Positions 57,619 through 64,000 of a stretch of 64,000 nt of DNA are shown here, piece by piece (position 1 is the stretch's first letter; each line of letters starts with the position of its first letter). The notes beneath the pieces were generated by a model. The model searched no databases and was not told the origin of the DNA. It saw only the letters and a program-made list of their open reading frames with translations. Where the stretch lies: the IMG/VR virus record IMGVR_UViG_3300027278_000003; one strand, given 5' to 3'. Position numbers and translations under genes: made by a program. The DNA comes from a virus (Duplodnaviria > Caudoviricetes).

Positions 57619-58746
57619 ATGGCAAAAGTTTCTACTCAGGATATGGATGTTCGCGTTGTTCGTCCGAGCGATGTTCGTGCTGAAATCAACTATGCGTTCA
57701 ATCGCAAGCGTCCTGTCTTCATCTGGGGTCCTCCCGGTATCGGTAAATCTGAGATTGTCGAAAGCATCACGCAAGAACGTGCCGGTTATATGATCGACCT
57801 GCGTCTTGCTCTGATGGAACCGACTGATCTTCGCGGTATTCCGTTCTACAACGAAGTTACTGGTCGCATGGAGTGGGCTCCACCCTCTGATCTTCCTACT
57901 CAGGAACTTGCTGATCAATTCGATTGTGTTGTTCTGTTCTTGGACGAAATGAACCAAGCACCGCAGTCGGTTCAAGCTGCTGCGTATCAGCTAATTCTGA
58001 ACCGTCGTCTAGGTAACTACCGTCTCCCTGAGAACGTCCTGATCGTTGCTGCTGGTAACCGTGAAAGCGACCGTGGTGTTGCGTATCGTATGCCGTCACC
58101 GCTTGCTAACCGCTTTGTTCACCTTGAAATGGGTGTTGACTTTGAAGATTGGCAGACTTGGGCACTTGAAAGCAAGATTGATGCTGAGGTTGTGGGTTAT
58201 CTGACTTCGAACAAGATGGACTTGTTCAACTTTGATCCGCGCACTGCATCACGTTCATTCGCTACGCCGCGTTCTTGGACTTTCGTTTCGCAGATGCTTC
58301 CTCAGGAAGGTGAGGCTATCTCTGTTAGTCGTCTACACGACCTGATTGCAGGTACTGTTGGCGATGGTATCGCAACCAAGTTCATGGCACACCGTGCGGT
58401 TGCTGGTAAACTTCCTAACCCGACTGACATTCTGAACGGCAAAGTCAAAACTCTTCCTCGCGAAGCAAAAGAAATCTCTGCGATGTTCTCGCTCACCGCT
58501 TCTATGTGTTACGAACTCAAGGACTTCGTTGATCGTAACGGTAAGGAAAAGATGGACGAACTCTACAAGATGGCAGACAACTTCTTCCGTTTCATGATGG
58601 ACAACTTTGAAACTGAAATGACTGTTCTTGGTGGTCGTACTGCACTGAAGGTCTACAAACTTCCGCTTGAACCGCGTAAAGTTCCGTGCATTGAAGAATT
58701 CTTCAAAAAGTACGGCAAACTGATCATCGAAGCACATAACGCATAA
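57619..58746 (+). CDS. MoxR-like AAA+ ATPase
   Basis: WGPPGIGKS, DLRGIP, LFLDEMN, AAGN, LANRF and TPRSW motifs. Confidence 0.88.
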   Translation: MAKVSTQDMDVRVVRPSDVRAEINYAFNRKRPVFIWGPPGIGKSEIVESITQERAGYMIDLRLALMEPTDLRGIPFYNEVTGRMEWAPPSDLPTQELADQFDCVVLFLDEMNQAPQSVQAAAYQLILNRRLGNYRLPENVLIVAAGNRESDRGVAYRMPSPLANRFVHLEMGVDFEDWQTWALESKIDAEVVGYLTSNKMDLFNFDPRTASRSFATPRSWTFVSQMLPQEGEAISVSRLHDLIAGTVGDGIATKFMAHRAVAGKLPNPTDILNGKVKTLPREAKEISAMFSLTASMCYELKDFVDRNGKEKMDELYKMADNFFRFMMDNFETEMTVLGGRTALKVYKLPLEPRKVPCIEEFFKKYGKLIIEAHNA

Positions 58747-58776
58747 TAAAAAATCCTTTCTGTTGATTATGAACTT

Positions 58777-58816
58777 GGGAGAGGTCGTTGACTTCTCCCT
58801 CTTTTTTTAGTATAAT
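58777..58816 (+). terminator. Terminator hairpin that also contains a sigma70 promoter
   Basis: GGGAGAGGTC-GTT-GACTTCTCCC plus T tract; TTGACT (58788)-N17-TATAAT (58811). Confidence 0.75.
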
Positions 58817-58834
58817 AGTATCAAAGGAGTAAAA

Positions 58835-59467
58835 ATGTTAAAACAAGATTACATTTTACCAGAAAACTGTTATCATGAAATATATTGGGACAACACTCCT
58901 GAATTTGAAAGAGTGCGTTCTATATGCCTACAAGAAAAAAACAATTGGCTAGTTGACAACTATACCGAAAAAAATATGGACCTTGCGGACCAAAGAGGGT
59001 ATTCGGTAGTTTATAGTAAGTTCGATGATAGCCCAATAATGATGTCCGGTGTGATGGCATCTGGTCTATGGCCGCAACACGTTGCCCGCACACTGAATAG
59101 GTTATGGGTGTTCCCAGAATATCGTCAACCAACCGTATCTGGTATCGTACACCTGAATAAAACTGCTCGGATTCACATGACTGAGCCACTTATGGAAGTA
59201 AACAACTATAAACTATACTTTGTCAGTATGCAATCGCGAACAGGCAAGAGTGAAAAGAATTGGTGGAAGTGGGCAAAACATGCATTTCATGCTGCTAATG
59301 ATGGTTGGAAGGACAGTGACCTTATGATCAGGGTCATTGATAAACCAGTGAAGAAGGCATACCAAAACTTTTTTTATTATGAAGTGGAAGAGGGTTACTT
59401 TGATACTTGGGAAAACAAACCACTAATATCACGTGAAGATTGGTCAGAATTACCAGATGGAAAATAA
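58835..59467 (+). CDS. GNAT-like hypothetical protein
   Basis: RTLNRLWVFPEYR motif; GGAG RBS. Confidence 0.45.
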   Translation: MLKQDYILPENCYHEIYWDNTPEFERVRSICLQEKNNWLVDNYTEKNMDLADQRGYSVVYSKFDDSPIMMSGVMASGLWPQHVARTLNRLWVFPEYRQPTVSGIVHLNKTARIHMTEPLMEVNNYKLYFVSMQSRTGKSEKNWWKWAKHAFHAANDGWKDSDLMIRVIDKPVKKAYQNFFYYEVEEGYFDTWENKPLISREDWSELPDGK

Positions 59468-59529
59468 ATTCTTGACATATCCGCATCCTCTGCTATATTA
59501 ATAGAGTAATGACTGAAAGGACGAATCAT

Positions 59530-60870
59530 ATGCAAGTCAAACCTGACACTATCAAAACAGAAGACGATTTCAACGCTGTTCTTGATGATATCTTGAAAGA
59601 AAATGGTATCGAGGTCGATTCCGACTCTGACGATATTGTAGAATTCGATTATACTGATCTTCAAGTTAAGGAGATGATTGTATCTGGTCGTGTTCGTATG
59701 CTGATCAAGCATCCGTTCTTCGGCACTCTTGCTACTCGTCTGAAACTGGTTGAAACTGGTGGTTGGTGTCCGACTGCTGCGGTAGACGGTAAACACTTCT
59801 ACTACAACCCAGACTTCTTCCGTACTCTAACGCCCGAAGAAATTGACTTCGTGGTTGGTCACGAGGTTATGCACTGCGTGTATGAACACTGCGGCGAAGG
59901 TGGTCGTTTGATGGATTTTGACGATAGCAATCGTGATCCCAAACTCTGGAACATCGCGGCTGACTATAAAGTCAACCAAGCATGTGTCGAGGCACGTATT
60001 GGTAAGATGCCAAAGCAGGCGCTGTATGATCGTAAATACTACGACAAGTATACTGAAGAAATCTATGCAGACCTCAAGGAAGAGCAAAAGAAAAATCCCA
60101 ATGCTCACGGCGGTAAGGAAACTCTAGACCAACACTTGTTTGGTGATGGTGACGGACAAGGTTCTGGCGAGAACGATCCTACTGGTCGCAAGGCACCTAT
60201 CAAGATTTCGAAGGAAGAAGCAAAGGCGATTAAGGATCAAATGAAGCAGGCTGTACTACAGGCTGCACAAACCGCAGGCGCTGGAAACATGCCGGGTGAT
60301 ATCAAGCGTATCATTAAGGAGATGACCGAACCAAAGATGGACTGGCGTGAATATCTCAATCTGAGTATTCAAAGCGTTCTGAAAAGTGATTTCACTTGGA
60401 TGCGGCAATCTCGCAAGTCCCGTACTATGGGTATCTATCTGCCGGGTCTTGACAACGATGTTGAGGTTGAGGCTGCGATTGGTATCGACGTTTCGGGTTC
60501 TATCTCTCACGAAATGATTAAAGATTTCATGGGTGAGATTTACGGCATCATGCAACAGTTCCAAAGTTTCAAACTGACTGTTTGGACTTTTGATACTCAG
60601 GTCTACTCTGAATCAGTTAAGGTGTTCACCCCATTCAATGCTGAGGAAATTCGCGAATACGAAATCATCGGCTGTGGTGGCACTGACTTTGAATGTAACT
60701 GGACTTTCATGGAAGAAAACGATATCAACCCTAGCAAGTTCGTTATGTTCACAGATGGTTATCCGTTCGGGTCTTGGGGCAATGAGGCGTATTGCGATAC
60801 GCTGTTTGTTATTCACGGTTCCGACCATATCATCCCACCATTTGGTGAGTACACCTACTACAAAAATTAA
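59530..60870 (+). CDS. vWA-domain protein with an N-terminal HExxH metallopeptidase (DUF2201-like)
   Basis: TAAVDG, HEVMH, WNIAAD, MIDAS DVSGS and GCGGTDF motifs; own promoter TTGACA at 59472. Confidence 0.85.
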   Translation: MQVKPDTIKTEDDFNAVLDDILKENGIEVDSDSDDIVEFDYTDLQVKEMIVSGRVRMLIKHPFFGTLATRLKLVETGGWCPTAAVDGKHFYYNPDFFRTLTPEEIDFVVGHEVMHCVYEHCGEGGRLMDFDDSNRDPKLWNIAADYKVNQACVEARIGKMPKQALYDRKYYDKYTEEIYADLKEEQKKNPNAHGGKETLDQHLFGDGDGQGSGENDPTGRKAPIKISKEEAKAIKDQMKQAVLQAAQTAGAGNMPGDIKRIIKEMTEPKMDWREYLNLSIQSVLKSDFTWMRQSRKSRTMGIYLPGLDNDVEVEAAIGIDVSGSISHEMIKDFMGEIYGIMQQFQSFKLTVWTFDTQVYSESVKVFTPFNAEEIREYEIIGCGGTDFECNWTFMEENDINPSKFVMFTDGYPFGSWGNEAYCDTLFVIHGSDHIIPPFGEYTYYKN

Positions 60871-60925
60871 AAGGGCAGAGCATCCAGTTGCTCTACCTTG
60901 AGCAACTGGAAAGATAAATATTCAC

Positions 60926-61468
60926 ATGAGCGATACACTATTATTAAATGCAGACGGTTCACCGCTGGCAGTGACTCCACTTTCTACACTAACGTGGCAG
61001 GAAGCAATGAAACTTGTTGTACTAGAGCGCGTCAACGTGCTTGAATGGTACAAAGGTTGGGAGATTCATACTTCCCGGCAAACGTTTAAAGTTCCCTCTG
61101 TGGTATCTGTTAAAGAATATATACCAATTTCACAATCAGGAGTAAACTTTAGCCGTCAGAATGTATACATTCGTGACGGTTTTGTATGCCAATATTGTGG
61201 TGATTTATTCCATGCAAAGGACTTGACACTTGATCACGTCCTACCAAAATCGCGTGGTGGTAAAACAAACTGGGAAAATATTACAACTGCATGTAAACCG
61301 TGTAACCATAGTAAGGGTAACAATGCGCGTATTGTACCAAAGAAAAAACCAACACGACCAAACTTCTACCAAGTATTGAACCGTAAGAACTTCCACATCA
61401 CAGTTAAGGATGAAAAATGGTTGAACTACCTTCAATGGCCAGAAGAATACGTCCGAATGGCTGTATAA
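60926..61468 (+). CDS. HNH endonuclease
   Basis: CQYCG, LTLDHVLPKSRGG..WEN..ACKPCNH. Confidence 0.9.
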   Translation: MSDTLLLNADGSPLAVTPLSTLTWQEAMKLVVLERVNVLEWYKGWEIHTSRQTFKVPSVVSVKEYIPISQSGVNFSRQNVYIRDGFVCQYCGDLFHAKDLTLDHVLPKSRGGKTNWENITTACKPCNHSKGNNARIVPKKKPTRPNFYQVLNRKNFHITVKDEKWLNYLQWPEEYVRMAV

Positions 61469-61571
61469 TAATCGCTTGACATTAATCACAAAATCAATTA
61501 TAATGTATGTATGAATTGTGCAAATTCATATTATATATAATATTAAATAAATCACGACAAAGGAGTAACAT

Positions 61572-61808
61572 ATGTCAGAAGAAGCACAAGTAGCAGAAGC
61601 ACCACAGGCTCCTGCTGTTACCGTAAACGATCTTGCAAACGTTTATGCAATCATTGATCTAGCCTCAAAGCGCGGTGCATTCCAAGCATCAGAGCTAACC
61701 GCAGTAGGTTCAGTTGCAAACAAAATCAAAGCATTTGTTGACCACATTGCAGCACAAACAGCGGCGGCGGAAGAAGCAGCGGCGCCAGCAGAGGGCGGTG
61801 AGGCTTAA
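61572..61808 (+). CDS. Conserved small phage protein
   Basis: AAGGAG RBS; promoter TTGACA-N17-TATAAT at 61477. Confidence 0.6.
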   Translation: MSEEAQVAEAPQAPAVTVNDLANVYAIIDLASKRGAFQASELTAVGSVANKIKAFVDHIAAQTAAAEEAAAPAEGGEA

Positions 61809-62455
61809 TGGCTTTTCTTAAACACGTTGGTAGACACTCAGGTACAGGTCAACGCCTGAGTGTCGCATTCCTACAACTGCCAGACGACAAAGAAAACGCG
61901 TTAGTAGTATATAGTGACTCACTACCAGACCGCTACCATCAAGATTTTATGGCAGCAGTTGAATCGAATGAAGGTCAGGCTGCAAAAAGCCTGTATGAAG
62001 TTCTTGCACGTAAAGTATTTTGGCATGGTACTACTATGCTAGAAACACTACATAAAGAAAATCATTTGGTTAAGATTCCTACTTCACAAATCATCATGAC
62101 ACCAAATTCAAACACTAGTATTCCACTAAATGATATTTTGGCACAGATGGATGGATTTGAAGTTTCAGAAGATGCAATCGCAGATAACGATACCACTCAA
62201 ACTGTAACTGAATCCCAAGTTGATATTAATGTAGACGAATCTAAGAAGGACGAGAACAAGCAAATTGCACAAAACTTGTTAGTGCAGGCGCAATTACTTG
62301 AAGAAGATGCAAAGCGCAAACGTGCAGAAGCATACAAGTATGATCCTTCTCTCGCCCCCAAGGAATCAAAGGTTACTATTACACCAGCATCAGAAGATGG
62401 TGAACCTACTAAAAAACGCGGTCGTGGCAGACCACCAAAAACTGTAGAGGCATAA
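61808..62455 (+). CDS. Conserved phage protein with a C-terminal AT-hook-like KRGRGRP
   Basis: Translationally coupled; basic tail. Confidence 0.55.
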   Translation: MAFLKHVGRHSGTGQRLSVAFLQLPDDKENALVVYSDSLPDRYHQDFMAAVESNEGQAAKSLYEVLARKVFWHGTTMLETLHKENHLVKIPTSQIIMTPNSNTSIPLNDILAQMDGFEVSEDAIADNDTTQTVTESQVDINVDESKKDENKQIAQNLLVQAQLLEEDAKRKRAEAYKYDPSLAPKESKVTITPASEDGEPTKKRGRGRPPKTVEA

Positions 62456-62458
62456 AGT

Positions 62459-62722
62459 ATGCATCGTAGTGATATCTTAAAACTTATTGAAACAGAACGC
62501 GAAAGACAATTAAATTTGCCCGGTAGCGAATTAGATGCAAACAATTCTCCAAACGATTGGATAGCTATTGCATCTTACTACCTGTCTCAGGAAGCACGGA
62601 GAGCAACTACGATGCAACCTCATGCAGATGAATTCATCAATGAACTTATCAAAGCGGCGGCAGTAATTGTTGCCGCTTTGGAACATGCTGATAACATGAA
62701 AAACAAAGGCGATCTTTCATAA
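62459..62722 (+). CDS. MazG-like all-alpha nucleotide pyrophosphohydrolase (tentative)
   Basis: ERERQ...NDW...ELIKAAAVIVAALE pattern. Confidence 0.4.
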   Translation: MHRSDILKLIETERERQLNLPGSELDANNSPNDWIAIASYYLSQEARRATTMQPHADEFINELIKAAAVIVAALEHADNMKNKGDLS

Positions 62723-63040
62723 ATGGAATACGATAGAGAGGGAGAATTTGAGCGGATCATGGAAGAAATCTTCCCAATGAGTATTCCTGCTCAATTCGTA
62801 AAAAATCTTGTTGTTAAACTAAACAACGGACAAAGCGTAATTCTCAAAGGAGATGAATTACTACAACCACTACCAGTATCAAATGATCTTAGCTGGGACA
62901 AACTAGTGGAACAATTTGACAGGATCGAAGACATTGAAGTGTTCATCGATATGCCTGCAATTCAAAACAATGTTGCGTTTAACGTAAAGCAAATTCTAAG
63001 CGCACATTTCCAAGCACAATATAAGAAAAAGAATGATTAA
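62723..63040 (+). CDS. Hypothetical protein
   Basis: ORF chain. Confidence 0.5.
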   Translation: MEYDREGEFERIMEEIFPMSIPAQFVKNLVVKLNNGQSVILKGDELLQPLPVSNDLSWDKLVEQFDRIEDIEVFIDMPAIQNNVAFNVKQILSAHFQAQYKKKND

Positions 63041-63551
63041 TATGATTATTGCTGCCGATGAAAACGGCGGCATAGGTTATAAGAATGGTCTACCATGGCC
63101 AAAGAACGATAAAGACATGAAATACTTTCAGAAAATAACTGAAGGTAATGTCGTCGTTATGGGATCGAACACGTGGAGAAGTTCGGGCACATACTATCAT
63201 AACAGCGACAACGCAATAAAATATGTTGTATCCTCCCAAAATATGTTCAACTTTCCAGGTGTGTTTGACACCTACGACCCAACTCACGATAAAATAGAAG
63301 ACATTCTGTTATCAATTGAGTTCCGTCACCCAGGACGAGAAGTGTTCATTACAGGTGGTAAAACGCTATACGATGCTGCATACAAAATTTGCGATAGAGT
63401 ATATCTAACTGACATACATGGTAAGTACCGTTGTGATACATTTTGTGACATCAGCAAATACATAGAGAACAAGAGCATAGTTAGCTCAACCTCGGAAGCT
63501 GCAACACGTAGTGGTCCGGGAATACAATTTTCAATATGGGAGGCAAACTAA
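63033..63551 (+). CDS. folA: Dihydrofolate reductase
   Basis: GIGYKNGLPW, DMKYF, VVMG and ITGGK.LY motifs. Confidence 0.92.
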   Translation: MINMIIAADENGGIGYKNGLPWPKNDKDMKYFQKITEGNVVVMGSNTWRSSGTYYHNSDNAIKYVVSSQNMFNFPGVFDTYDPTHDKIEDILLSIEFRHPGREVFITGGKTLYDAAYKICDRVYLTDIHGKYRCDTFCDISKYIENKSIVSSTSEAATRSGPGIQFSIWEAN

Positions 63552-64000
63552 TGACAACAAAATCAATCTGGGCAGAAGGTGATTACCTTGACCTTCTGTA
63601 TACTGTACTAGATACAGGTGAAGTTCGTGATCAAGAACGAACAGGTGTAGGAACAAAGTCACGTTTTATGGCATGGCTCATATTTGATTTAAACCGTGGG
63701 TTTCCCCTACTTACAACAAAGAAAGTAAACTTCAATGCAGTAGCAAGTGAATTGCTTTGGTTCATTGAGGGTTCTGACGATGAACGTAGACTTGCTGAAA
63801 TTCATTATGGAAAGCCAAGAGAAGAACTTGTAGGCAAAACTACTATTTGGACTGCGAATGCAGACGCACAGGGGGTTGCTCTAGGATATGAGAACACAGA
63901 CACAGTTAAGAAGTTAGGACCTGTATATGGCGTTCAGTGGCGTAACTGGAATGGCATTGACCAACTTGCTAAACTAATCGAACAGATTAAAACAAATCCT
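63551..64000 (+). CDS. thyA: Thymidylate synthase, 3'-truncated by the window (not in the ORF track)
   Basis: RTGVGT, FPLLTTKKV, ELLWFIEG and LGPVYGVQWR motifs. Confidence 0.95.
   Translation, partial: MTTKSIWAEGDYLDLLYTVLDTGEVRDQERTGVGTKSRFMAWLIFDLNRGFPLLTTKKVNFNAVASELLWFIEGSDDERRLAEIHYGKPREELVGKTTIWTANADAQGVALGYENTDTVKKLGPVYGVQWRNWNGIDQLAKLIEQIKTNP

Overview
A 64-kb segment of a large T4-like (myovirus-type) dsDNA bacteriophage genome, almost entirely + strand. No CRISPR array, rRNA or transposase is visible. In order it holds: accessory glycosyltransferase-like and oxygenase genes, phoH, translation initiation factor IF-1, a spanin pair, DnaJ and ClpA; large repetitive virion/fibre proteins (8-20 kb); an Fe-S carrier module (HscB-like, IscA, ErpA); a MotA/ExbB-ExbD-like membrane motor; a tRNA operon (24.6-28.2 kb); radical SAM genes; putative head-cargo polyproteins; and a replication/DNA-modification operon (family B polymerase, adenine MTase, sliding clamp, TGT/DpdA-like, QueD-like, PRT, FTR1-like, glycosyltransferase, FolE, QueE, MetK, RNase H, PMM). 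These are followed by SbmA/BacA, MoxR-vWA, HNH, DHFR and a partial ThyA. Two promoter classes are readable: sigma70-like TTGAC-N16/17 early promoters and T4-late-like (G/T/C)ATAAATA. The most striking unannotated element is a candidate ribosome-dependent attenuator ahead of the tRNA operon: a 23-codon leader peptide plus mutually exclusive antiterminator and terminator hairpins. 20 of its 22 non-start codons specify exactly the ten amino acids whose tRNAs lie downstream, and five are ACA, read by a tRNA-Thr that is itself interrupted in the anticodon by a 42-nt hairpin insertion. All assignments are from motif recognition by eye; no database searches or folding computations were run.
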